Shown: positions 38,901 through 47,312 of the stretch, piece by piece
Layout: each line of letters opens with the position of its first letter
How positions within the stretch are numbered: the stretch's first letter is position 1
Source: an uncultured bacterium
GTDB lineage: Bacteria; Electryoneota; AABM5-125-24; Hatepunaeales; Hatepunaeaceae
Length of the DNA: 64,000 nucleotides
Direction: 5' to 3'
NCBI GenBank assembly: GCA_964627035.1
Contig: CAZVKN010000016.1
Coordinates: 5,615-69,614 of the forward strand
Program-made: the position numbers and the translations under genes
The notes under the pieces: model-generated
The model's input: the letters and a program-made list of their open reading frames with translations, nothing else
Databases searched by the model: none
What the model was told of the DNA's origin: nothing

Positions 38901-39352
38901 TCAAAATGAATTGTATCACTGTATCCGTAATTGAAGCTGCCATTACCGGTTGTTGTGGTAAGAGTATCTCTAACAAACTCCACCCGAATCGCAAGGATGC
39001 GAGTTAATTGATCACGTTTTGAGTGATCCGCAGCAATCACATCCGGCAGTATCTCAGGTAAACGAGGAGGAATCACATTGACAGTTTGAGCTATTCCAGT
39101 ACCGATAGTAAACAGAAAAACACTAAGAATCACCGAGACCATAGTAATCATAGGGTGGCACGGGCTATTTATTGCCCGTGTTTCCTTACGGTAAAGAGAC
39201 ACGGGTAACAAGTAACCCGTGCCACTCGAAGTAATCCCACTATTACTGGATTCTGGATCAAGTCCAGAATGGCCAAGTGGAGAGAGATTCTTCACTTCGT
39301 TCAGAATGACAGAACCACTCTTTGCGACTTTGCGACTTTGCGCGAGAATCAT
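35939..39352 (-). CDS. M6 (immune inhibitor A)-like domain with degenerate Zn motif + FG-GAP repeats + T9SS/FlgD-type CTD; real start may be 39151
   Basis: IFHAGAG, WSLMD, EYFLIENR, GILIWHVD, EEADG; DLNGDG/DFDGSG repeats; NWPNPA...KIAVVK. Confidence 0.82.
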   Translation of the reverse strand: MILAQSRKVAKSGSVILNEVKNLSPLGHSGLDPESSNSGITSSGTGYLLPVSLYRKETRAINSPCHPMITMVSVILSVFLFTIGTGIAQTVNVIPPRLPEILPDVIAADHSKRDQLTRILAIRVEFVRDTLTTTTGNGSFNYGYSDTIHFDPPPHDSLYFADNLEFLQFYWDEMSNGAVELSWDIFPSGMQAAYQLPKQMWQYNYNYSDEQLDRGLAELFRDAVQAADQDDAIIWNDYDLVMIFHAGAGKEFDVGFTLTPHDLPSAWMVKEDFSSQLGLDDGILVVDNGDSSYVEAGLILPETESHDDIQISMLGVLCSLFGHTLGLPGLYDSDDGQAVVGKWSLMDRGFGNFYGAIPAELDVWSRMYKGWITPTELSPKQWTITARGFAHPDTTSDTIRVGKIVISPSEYFLIENRNRDPEGDSIAVAYDRDGRRMIFKEDYTVEADDGFRVPVRIDNLDFDSPGSGILIWHVDEALYPLLREKRFNSQNDRRGLDIEEADGAQDIGQDYAFLTPGYGTDYGVFEDAWYSDNKAHRKANSYRVRFNNDSYPDSKANSGASTHITIDDFSLRGTVMTFSWSQSPYVQEGFPVEVALNDLFWDYQFIVGNFDDDPYDEIMFFGFDRNVTVIDGDGTIIHAFQDSILFQLPSGSYFSSPAAADLNGDGRDDVVTFLKGTDDQWRVVAILSDNDGYTLESVYDISTYSHSLSVNGFMIIGGTVDNHKVFVVINERDNMSYLIYDNDLSLIGEHHIGRWSGYSFLLGSAYSDTFLTVSARLGEVKIIHDDEILLDDSFNHYVYSPVLADFDGSGKQDFICNEHLIIKDIAVNGLTDSVNYVSDLIYDMIGNEALPVDVDRDGQYEILGIDDGIANVGNDDHYDPRYLIAGEVNGVLSEGFPIVPPLLSGIGYPPEIWNCKLVVDLDGDGWNEYLLAMSRTWKIDFTEPGEPNVIRASGGDSWLDGFHNDGTRIDDFPLDYYPISLNHTLCQLDDDPAIECVYIGENSVEVIEIPATNPTIWWGSEYRDKQNRNAVWEPAQPHSATSSDPIMPDNLCYNWPNPARESTAIRYFLNFDATVKVDIFDITGQRVTTLHGDGTAGQHHEIPWNTKSIARGGYLAVVEAKGNGRTESKIVKIAVVK
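39155..39347. repeat. Stack of repeats: GTGG-type REP doublet, two RPE halves, CTTTGCGA tandem
   Basis: GTGGCACGGG...CCCGTGCCAC; GGATTCTGGATCAAGTCCAGAATG; AGATTCTTCACTTCGTTCAGAATGAC; (CTTTGCGA)x3. Confidence 0.75.
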
Positions 39353-39353
39353 A

Positions 39354-40412
39354 TCAGAATGAAACCGTCAGCGACAGGTGTGTGGTTCCCGTTAACGGAT
39401 GTCCTTTCTCTTCAGATATATAGCTGAAGTCGAATCGGTAAGCGGACACCTTAAATGAGGCTCCGTATGTTATCGGAGTCACCTTACCTATTTCGTCATG
39501 CCAGTAACCGAAACGGAGACCGACCATGTCTGTGTACCAGTACTCCATCCCCATATTGTAGATCAGGTCTTCAAGAAACGGGTCTTCCTCGTCAATCCAC
39601 GAAGTGTACAGTGCGACAAAAAACGGATCTGTATTACCGTTTGAGCGTTTACTGACGAGAAGCTTGTTGATTTCAGCAGCCAAAGTCAACGTGTTGTAAG
39701 AGTCGTTGACAAGCATCCAGGCGAAACCTGCTTTCAGATTGGTCGGAATCGGATCAGCCTGCGCCCTGTCAATATACGCCATCTTGGGACCCATATTCGA
39801 CAGGTTAAATCCCAAATGAAGAGGTTTATTGAGCAGCGGTTCTGTCGTCTTGTACAGCAATCCCAGATCAACGGCAAAGTTTGTCCCGACCCCTGATCCT
39901 CGTTCCTGACCGGTACCACGATCTGCGAGATGACTGTAGATGAACTTGACGTTTAGTCCCAATCCCAAATTATCCGTTATCAATGAGCCGTATGAAGCGG
40001 TTATAGCTGTCTCAAAGGTGTAGAAGGTGCCGAGCAGACGATTCAGTTCATCACGACGTTCGGTCTCACCGAGATTCAGGAAAAAGACGTTCAGTCCGAA
40101 CGTACCCCAGTATTCCACAGAATTTATGTAGGCGATGTAATCAACATACAGATCCGGTAGATGGAAACTGGGCAGCCAGTTCACGTGCATGAATGATGCT
40201 TCACGTTTGTTAAGAAATGCCAGTCCCGCCGGATTCCACCAGGTTGCGGTCGCATCATCTGCAATCGCTACGAACGCTTCACCCATTCCCGCGGGTCGAG
40301 CGCCCGGTGCAATCTGAAGGAATATTGCGGTAGCTTCACCCACTCCTCCGTAGGCAGTTCCTCCCACTGCCAACAGTAAGGCAATTACGATTAATAACTG
40401 TTTTCTTTGCAT
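39354..40412 (-). CDS. porV: PorV/PorQ-family T9SS outer-membrane barrel
   Basis: FLQIAPGARPAGMGEA, WWNPAGL, KFIYSHL, SNMGPK, DPIPTNL; directly downstream of porU. Confidence 0.88.
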   Translation of the reverse strand: MQRKQLLIVIALLLAVGGTAYGGVGEATAIFLQIAPGARPAGMGEAFVAIADDATATWWNPAGLAFLNKREASFMHVNWLPSFHLPDLYVDYIAYINSVEYWGTFGLNVFFLNLGETERRDELNRLLGTFYTFETAITASYGSLITDNLGLGLNVKFIYSHLADRGTGQERGSGVGTNFAVDLGLLYKTTEPLLNKPLHLGFNLSNMGPKMAYIDRAQADPIPTNLKAGFAWMLVNDSYNTLTLAAEINKLLVSKRSNGNTDPFFVALYTSWIDEEDPFLEDLIYNMGMEYWYTDMVGLRFGYWHDEIGKVTPITYGASFKVSAYRFDFSYISEEKGHPLTGTTHLSLTVSF

Positions 40413-40553
40413 AAAAATATATCCCTTGACTTTGGTAAATAATTATTGTATCTTGCTCTTGCGATAACAGGGCTCCAAATAGCGAGTCTCCGATTGAGAA
40501 AGGCGTGGCAGATGTGATTCTTGTAGTCACATTTGTGCGTCTTTCTTTTTGTT

Positions 40554-40617
40554 GTTCAGAGTGCAGGCTTCAGCCTGTGTAGTGTAAAGAAAACACGCTG
40601 AAGCGTGGACTCTAAAC
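40554..40617. repeat. REP-like doublet (CAGGCTTCAGCCTG / CACGCTGAAGCGTG)
   Basis: Two inverted hairpins with GTTCAGAGT...ACTCTAAAC outer arms. Confidence 0.65.
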
Positions 40618-40678
40618 TTTCATAACAAAAAATTGCGAACTTTGCGGTACTTCGTGCCCTTTGCGTGAGATTCTTGTC

Positions 40679-43600
40679 TCACCTAATATAAGCAATTCGT
40701 CCCAAACCTTCCGCCTTATTCCCCCTGATATCGCGGACTATAACTTTATAGAGATAAACTCCGTTCGCAATGCTTCTGCCAGCCTTGTCCTTTCCGTCCC
40801 ACTCAACACCGTTATACCCCTGAACCGCAGTGCCGTGGAAGTCTTTGATTAGTGTACCTCCGACAGAGTAAACGAGTAGCTCATAGTCTCCTTCACCGTT
40901 GACAAGAAAAGTCAGATTTGTTCTGTCCGTAAACGGATTAGGCCAGTTCAGAATGTTGTACACTGAAAGTCCACTGTTCGACGCTACAACTTCCACATCA
41001 ATTGAGGCTATGTCAACATTGTTAAAGCTGTCCCATGCCTCGATTTCAATGTTGTGAATCCCAGTCTCTAACGGTCCTATACGTCTCTCAAGCGATCCTG
41101 ACTGATAGTCATCGAGATTGTTCCTGAAAAACGGAGTTAGATCAATCTGCTGTCCACCGTCAATTGACATGCGGACGCCGTGCCCCATTGCACCGGTTAG
41201 ATTGATACCGGATGAGTCACTCAGGTCAACAATCAACAGTGGATCGGAACCCACCGGATCATCCGGTCGAAAACCGCGATGATCGAAGTAAATGTTGATG
41301 TCGGGGGGCTCTGTGTCATTCACTGCTGCCACCTGATCAGCATAGGCAATTGAATCCCTTGCAAAAACACCGTCAATATCATCATTGTGAAAGTAAGCGA
41401 CCACCCGCCCGGCTTGACCGCCCAAAGTGACATCACGCGGTACAACGAACTGACCTCCGAACTGACCGTCCACTATGCTGAAAAGACCGCGATAGACCGT
41501 CGGTCCGGCGAGCTTATAGTTCAAGACAATGTGTCGCTCGTTATCCTGACTGTCCAGCCAAGTTATAACATACCTACGTGGAACGTGAGTGTCAAGAGCC
41601 AAAAACTCTACCTCGCCTGAATATGAAGGGTTTAACTGCCCGTTCAATCCAAAGACATCACCCTCGACAACAGATACTCCCAACGGCACCATCGGTTCTT
41701 CGAGTGTGATGAAACGCCCGGACAGTCTCGGTGCGGCAAGATAAATTGTAGGGTCGCCAAGCAGATGATAAGTAGGGCTGTATGGATTTACCGCACTATA
41801 CTTGGCATTCGCCAGCGCTTCACCGATGGTTAATCTCTCTGCACCGAAAAGTCGTTCGTAAAACTCGCGCGCCAGATTTGCATTGCTCCCTGAATATGTC
41901 AAACGAGTAGAAGCGATCGCTCCTATTGCACCTCTGCCCGATTCAGCCAGCAACTGCTCCGGAAAGCTCTGCACTGATGGTTCGTCCCAGTAAGCCCAAT
42001 CACAGGTAAAAGCAAGGAACAGAGGGAGCTTACGTCCGTTATCAAGTCGAGGCATATCCCTCGATTGAACCAGCACATGCTCATGAGCCCACAATGACGG
42101 GTTGCCGTGACCGACATAATTAACCAGCAGCGTACCCCGGTTGATTGACTCAAGCAAGTCCTCTGTCGCTTGAGGTTTATCACGCCCCCACTGCGATTGA
42201 TATTCGGTCAGAAACACCTTAACCTTATCCATAGATGATGGAAAGTAGTTGTCACTAAGCTGCTCGCTGAATTGAACATGCTGATATTCACGCGAGAAAT
42301 TTTCACCGAATTCATCATCGGCAACCAAAGTTCCTCTATTGCGCCATGTACCAAACAGAGGCTCTTCGACATACGATATTATCTTGTCAACCATGATTCT
42401 GAGTTCGTAGGACGAAGCTGCTGTCAAACGTCCGGTTATCATTTCCGGCAATACGGTAGCAATTCCCCCCATTGTACTGAAGTCAGTAAACCAGTCATCG
42501 CTGGAATACAGGTTGTATTCATACGGCGGGAGATAATTCTCTTTTGGTGCACGACCGATATGACGGTAGTTGTAATCGCCGTCACCACAGAACATGACAT
42601 AATCAACCGAGCCACTCCGACTGCTGTCATTCCATACTTCACTCGCAAACATCAACATATTCCGGATCGCTAAAGGTGTTTCCAAACCGCCGCCGAAACG
42701 GTTGTAGATCTCTGAAAGTCTTACCCTGACGGGTTGAAGCGGTTGTTCTCGGCGTCTGTAGAAATCAAGCAGCGGTTCCACATCATCCCAATATCCATCA
42801 GGTGTAATCAAAATTATATCGGCGCGTGTATCGGCTGACCAGAGGTTATTAACATCCTGCTCCTCCGGAAAGTATTCGACAATATCGGACGAAACTGACT
42901 GAAAATCGGACGCTGTCAGTGCCATGTATCTGTGCAGATTAAGTCTGTATTGGCTGACTGTAAATGATTGACTCCGTTCAATTCCCACACTGTTATGATC
43001 AGAAATATCGAAGAGCCACGCTCCGTTTAGATTGATGTTGTACTTGACATTACCGGTGAATTCGCGCGATTCAAATGTCCTGAATCTATCTAAAGTTCCG
43101 AAGTAAGACAATTCCATCCAGTCAAACAGCACTTTTGCACTGCTCACCGTCTGCTCAAAAGTGACACTGTTCATCCCGTCAATCAGATGCTCGTTTACAT
43201 CGCTTAGTTGTGCAACGCCAAAATATCCGGTTCCCTGCGGGTTAAATTCACCTACGGGATTGCGATTGAGAGACACCTGAATATGACCGCGACCATCTGA
43301 ATTGACGATACGGGTTCGGATTTCTGCTGCTTGATCAATCAGAGGTGAATTAACCGGCACCGAATATGGAAGCTGCGAAGAACCGTCGAATATGTGACCA
43401 TACCACTGAACGCCTGTTCCGATAAAACCTGAACGATGATAGATAAAAACATCCGGCTCGTGATAATACCTGATTCGGGCGTAATCCGTCTCGTAGTCGG
43501 CGGGAATATCTTCATTAAACCCATCCATCCGCTTACCACCACCGGAAGGATCAATGTTCAGCCAATATACATTGTTTCTGCTGAAGTTGTGGATGTCGTA

Positions 43601-44563
43601 TCGGTAACCGAGTTCCCTGTCCTGTACCCAGCCTCCCGCTCCACGACCATAGAACAAGATCCAGTCACCCGGATCAAATTCGTCATCGCCTCCATCCTCA
43701 ACATAAATGGCACACTCTTCAACCCCAAGCTTAACTTCATCATTGGGATTCAGTGAAAGTTCAAATCCACCGTTACCGAACAACTTGATTCTATCGGAAG
43801 CCATCCCGATAGACACTTCAACTCCGGCTCTTGCCATTTCGTCATAAGTCAGTCGATAAATTCCCTCTCGTTCGACGGGAAATTTGTAGATGAAGCCTTG
43901 CAGCCAAGTTTGATCGGAATAGTCCGCAATTTCGGCTCTCCCCCACTGCTTTGCCTGATCATCATTCAGGATCACCGACTCAGCCAGTCTGTTCAGATGA
44001 CGGCTACGACCAACGCTCACGGGATTGGATGAGTTGAAGTGAACCTTAAGCACGATGCGTTCCGCAAGTTCCACTCCAGCTTGTGCCTCATTTTGCTTCA
44101 CGGGATAGATCGGTATCCTGATCACCTTCACACCACTAATTGTGCGAGTTTCTATCTGACCGATTGTGCTGTTCGTTTGAAGACTGCTCACTCTACTCTG
44201 AGCTATCTCATCATCCGAATGAGCGGGATCTACTTCAGGCAGGATTCCGCTCCAGGATTCGCCTGAAATGTACGAGCTTAGTGAGACTGAAGGATTCGAT
44301 TCGGGAGGAACAGCAACGGTTATCATCCGGGTTGGTACCAGCTTCCCGTCCGAGCTTGCCGTTGTAGTTCCGTTTTTGAGAGAGATCTGCGCCACCGAAT
44401 TAACAACCTCAACAGCGTGAGCTGTTTCGGGTTGATATTCAACCGTCAAGCCGTGACTGTCCGACCGGATAACACGGACATCGCCTTGTGCATTAGAGAC
44501 TAACAGAAATGTTAAGGCAAGGACGATCACGACAGTTATATATTTTGTCGCTGAACTTTTCAT
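40679..44563 (-). CDS. porU: T9SS sortase PorU (C25 gingipain-family) with CTD; alternative start 44611
   Basis: GIYRLT, LFGNGG, FYGRG, GDGDY, SDDWF, YVGHG, FTCD catalytic dyad, LLGDP, DTEPP, DSSGIN, AWDSFNN, NWPNPF. Confidence 0.9.
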   Translation of the reverse strand: MKSSATKYITVVIVLALTFLLVSNAQGDVRVIRSDSHGLTVEYQPETAHAVEVVNSVAQISLKNGTTTASSDGKLVPTRMITVAVPPESNPSVSLSSYISGESWSGILPEVDPAHSDDEIAQSRVSSLQTNSTIGQIETRTISGVKVIRIPIYPVKQNEAQAGVELAERIVLKVHFNSSNPVSVGRSRHLNRLAESVILNDDQAKQWGRAEIADYSDQTWLQGFIYKFPVEREGIYRLTYDEMARAGVEVSIGMASDRIKLFGNGGFELSLNPNDEVKLGVEECAIYVEDGGDDEFDPGDWILFYGRGAGGWVQDRELGYRYDIHNFSRNNVYWLNIDPSGGGKRMDGFNEDIPADYETDYARIRYYHEPDVFIYHRSGFIGTGVQWYGHIFDGSSQLPYSVPVNSPLIDQAAEIRTRIVNSDGRGHIQVSLNRNPVGEFNPQGTGYFGVAQLSDVNEHLIDGMNSVTFEQTVSSAKVLFDWMELSYFGTLDRFRTFESREFTGNVKYNINLNGAWLFDISDHNSVGIERSQSFTVSQYRLNLHRYMALTASDFQSVSSDIVEYFPEEQDVNNLWSADTRADIILITPDGYWDDVEPLLDFYRRREQPLQPVRVRLSEIYNRFGGGLETPLAIRNMLMFASEVWNDSSRSGSVDYVMFCGDGDYNYRHIGRAPKENYLPPYEYNLYSSDDWFTDFSTMGGIATVLPEMITGRLTAASSYELRIMVDKIISYVEEPLFGTWRNRGTLVADDEFGENFSREYQHVQFSEQLSDNYFPSSMDKVKVFLTEYQSQWGRDKPQATEDLLESINRGTLLVNYVGHGNPSLWAHEHVLVQSRDMPRLDNGRKLPLFLAFTCDWAYWDEPSVQSFPEQLLAESGRGAIGAIASTRLTYSGSNANLAREFYERLFGAERLTIGEALANAKYSAVNPYSPTYHLLGDPTIYLAAPRLSGRFITLEEPMVPLGVSVVEGDVFGLNGQLNPSYSGEVEFLALDTHVPRRYVITWLDSQDNERHIVLNYKLAGPTVYRGLFSIVDGQFGGQFVVPRDVTLGGQAGRVVAYFHNDDIDGVFARDSIAYADQVAAVNDTEPPDINIYFDHRGFRPDDPVGSDPLLIVDLSDSSGINLTGAMGHGVRMSIDGGQQIDLTPFFRNNLDDYQSGSLERRIGPLETGIHNIEIEAWDSFNNVDIASIDVEVVASNSGLSVYNILNWPNPFTDRTNLTFLVNGEGDYELLVYSVGGTLIKDFHGTAVQGYNGVEWDGKDKAGRSIANGVYLYKVIVRDIRGNKAEGLGRIAYIR

Positions 44564-44566
44564 CAC

Positions 44567-44589
44567 AAAAAAACCGGGCAGACGCCCGG
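44567..44589 (-). terminator. Terminator-like element immediately before the porU start
   Basis: Minus strand CCGGGC-gtct-GCCCGG-TTTTTTT-GTG-ATG. Confidence 0.65.
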
Positions 44590-44707
44590 ACTGTACAGAG
44601 TAAGGGATCATCTGGTGTAAAACCTATATTAAATTCCAGAAACCCTTAACAAATTGTGTGATCGTTCTCCTGAAGAAGTAAGGAACAATATCGTTTAGAT
44701 TCGCAAT

Positions 44708-44736
44708 AATATAAACTGTCCAATCAACGCTGTCAA
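44708..44736 (-). promoter_or_regulatory. Putative porU-operon promoter
   Basis: TTGACA-17-TATATT on the minus strand. Confidence 0.6.
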
Positions 44737-44830
44737 GCTCTAATCGTGTATCAAACAGTTTAATGTCTAATTGAAGGCATAAGGTAATACGGTGAATCGG
44801 ACTTCGGAGTTAGTGATTTGGAATAATGAG

Positions 44831-45685
44831 CTATAAATCCCTGATCCTTCTTCCTGCTGCCCATCCTGCTCCTGCTGCACCTATTATTATCCCTGTTATG
44901 GGAAACAGAGGCAAAAAATCCAGTGGAGTATTAATATCTATGCCCCATCCGAGCATTATTAACTTTGCCATACCGACCGACATGATTGCCCCAAACAGTC
45001 CTGCGACCACCCCATAATAGAATCCTACCGCTACGAATGGACCCTTTACCATGCTGCGACTTGCACCGCAGAGCAGCAAGATATGTATGAAATCCTCCCG
45101 AGTGCGAATCGAACCGTAAACCGTCAGCACTGTGAATGTAAGCGATAGAATCAGTGCAATAGCAATTACGGCTATTACTATTCGACTGCCACGCTTGTAG
45201 AAACGCTCTACTTGCGCTAAAAGTTCCCCCTGATACACGACATCGTCAACATACGGCAGTCCTTCAATGTGATTCGCAGTTGTCTGCCAACCGGAACCCG
45301 GATCCGAACCGGGCTTCAGCGTTGCCACCACCGACATCGGCAGCGGGTTGTATTCGAGTAGGTCAAGCACCTCGTCTCCAAACTGCTCGGCAAATCTTCG
45401 CGCAGCTTCCTCTTTGGAAATAAACTTGACCGAACCGACATTCGGTAAATTGTGAACCTGTTTTATTATCCCCATAATAGCAGTAGAGTCCACCCCATCA
45501 TCGAGGAAGGCTTCGATCTCAAACTTACCCAGCAGACCGTCAGTCCAGTCCTGAACCATTATGAACCCACGGATGGAGAACCCGCCCAATGTTAAAGTCG
45601 CTGACAGTGAGATCAGTGTAAGAAAACCGATGATTCCGAGATTCTGAAAGTTCCTGAATCCTTCCCGCAGCGAAAATAGAATCAT
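44831..45685 (-). CDS. ftsX: Cell division permease FtsX
   Basis: FISKEEA, NPLP, CGAS..VKGPF; coupled to ftsE. Confidence 0.85.
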   Translation of the reverse strand: MILFSLREGFRNFQNLGIIGFLTLISLSATLTLGGFSIRGFIMVQDWTDGLLGKFEIEAFLDDGVDSTAIMGIIKQVHNLPNVGSVKFISKEEAARRFAEQFGDEVLDLLEYNPLPMSVVATLKPGSDPGSGWQTTANHIEGLPYVDDVVYQGELLAQVERFYKRGSRIVIAVIAIALILSLTFTVLTVYGSIRTREDFIHILLLCGASRSMVKGPFVAVGFYYGVVAGLFGAIMSVGMAKLIMLGWGIDINTPLDFLPLFPITGIIIGAAGAGWAAGRRIRDL

Positions 45686-46332
45686 GACACCATCCGTCCA
45701 TCGTCCAACGTGATGATTCTCGGATTCAGCGATTCAAACCTCTCAGGCTGGTGCGTGGCAATAAGCATTGAAGTTCCACTCAGGTTCAAATGATGAAGCA
45801 GCTCAATGATTTCACCGGATGTTTCGCTGTCAAGGTGACTTACCGGTTCATCAGCAAGCAGCACGAACGGCTCGTTGACAATAGCGCGGGCAATTCCGGC
45901 TCGCTGTTGCTCACCTGCTGAAAGGGAAGTCGGTGCTGAATGAAGTTTGTGGGAGAGCCCTACCTGATTGAGTACCCGAAGTGCTCGTTTCTTTGGACTG
46001 GCTGTGAGAGAATTGTCACACAGGGCAGACAGACGTACATTTTCAAGCAGAGTCCTATCGGGCAGCAGCCTCGTATCCTGATAGACGATCCCCAGTCGCC
46101 TGCGCCATTTCGGCAGATGTCTTCTCTTTATTGTGGAAGAATAAAACTGCTCGAGTTCTATCTCCCCACTATCAGGATAATGTTCAAGTGACAAAAGTCT
46201 GAACAGAGTGGTCTTACCCGCTCCTGTCTTGCCGACAAGAAGGATAAAATCACCGCTGTTGATGTCAAATGAAATCTGGCTGACACCGTTACCGGTTGGA
46301 TAGCGATAGGAGACGTCTGACAACTTGACCAT
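45682..46332 (-). CDS. ftsE: Cell division ATPase FtsE
   Basis: GKTGAGKTT, RRRLGIVYQD, LSAGEQQR, LLADEP, IATH. Confidence 0.85.
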   Translation of the reverse strand: MVKLSDVSYRYPTGNGVSQISFDINSGDFILLVGKTGAGKTTLFRLLSLEHYPDSGEIELEQFYSSTIKRRHLPKWRRRLGIVYQDTRLLPDRTLLENVRLSALCDNSLTASPKKRALRVLNQVGLSHKLHSAPTSLSAGEQQRAGIARAIVNEPFVLLADEPVSHLDSETSGEIIELLHHLNLSGTSMLIATHQPERFESLNPRIITLDDGRMVS

Positions 46333-46372
46333 TTTATTCCGATTGCCAATACTTTATTGTTTTGGGAGAGTC

Positions 46373-46480
46373 TCCGCTGTCAACCCGCCGCGGTTGACAG
46401 TCTAACTTGTGTAATATCTATCAGAAGGCTGTCAGGTGCGGCGACCTGACAGCAATTTAATTGCATTGTCAGCCAGACTG
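46373..46480 (+). repeat. Third copy of the CTGTCA double-hairpin MITE family
   Basis: CTGTCAACCCGCCGCGGTTGACAG...GCTGTCAGGTGCGGCGACCTGACAGC...CAGACTG. Confidence 0.8.
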
Positions 46481-46524
46481 CTGTCTCAAGCACAACTCCA
46501 CAACAAATTGAATACTCTTTGCCA

Positions 46525-47298
46525 TTAATTCTTTCTCACAAGAAAATGTATCCGCGTGGATTGGCTGTGAGACGGATTGCGGCTCTGTCCGTCAACTACT
46601 TCGATGATCTTGAAACCACTCTTCTCAACAGCGTCTATGATCTCGCTCTCACTGTAAATTTTCTGGCGATGGCACTCCACGATGCCCTTTGATGAATGCT
46701 CTTTAAATTGAATCGTGAATATGTTCTCCTGAATCTTCTCAGCAGCATCATAGTTCATTTTTCTGTGATACGTGTAACCGAGCCCCTGTCCGGTTTCGCT
46801 GTGATTGTCAAAATATTTGAGTGAGTTCAGCTCAGTGCAGATGTCAAACAGAAACAGACCGTCCGGTACGAGAGCTGCATGTACATTCCTCAGAAAAGAT
46901 TGCACAGATTTTAAGTCGAGAAGATAATTCAGTGAGTCATAAAGACAGACCGCACCTCTGAATATAGCAGAATAATCGAGTAAAGTGAACTCGCTGACGA
47001 AGAATTCAGGAGAATTGTCGAGTGACAGAGCTTTATTCCACGCAACCTCAATCATTTGCGGAGATTTATCAAAACCTATCACCCGAAATCCACATGCAGC
47101 AAGAATGAGACTCATCGAGCCGGTTCCACATCCACACTCAAGCAGCGAAACCGAATCGGCATCGGACGGATGCGGAAGCCCGTGATCAGACATGATCGTT
47201 AAAGCAAAATTCACCCACTCGAGGTAGTCAACGTGCAACATGACCTGATCGTAAATCTTGGATAGAGCCTGATAAGGTTCGACTTCTAACGATGACAT
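46525..47298 (-). CDS. Class I SAM-dependent methyltransferase
   Basis: YDQVM..VDY..W, LECGCGTG, DSLNYL, GLFLFD. Confidence 0.9.
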   Translation of the reverse strand: MSSLEVEPYQALSKIYDQVMLHVDYLEWVNFALTIMSDHGLPHPSDADSVSLLECGCGTGSMSLILAACGFRVIGFDKSPQMIEVAWNKALSLDNSPEFFVSEFTLLDYSAIFRGAVCLYDSLNYLLDLKSVQSFLRNVHAALVPDGLFLFDICTELNSLKYFDNHSETGQGLGYTYHRKMNYDAAEKIQENIFTIQFKEHSSKGIVECHRQKIYSESEIIDAVEKSGFKIIEVVDGQSRNPSHSQSTRIHFLVRKN

Positions 47299-47312
47299 CC
47301 GGTCAACCCCGG

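Noticed and set aside
40508-40550. Hairpin with T tract on the + strand between porU and porV
   Set aside because: Oriented against the operon with no + strand gene to terminate; function unsupported
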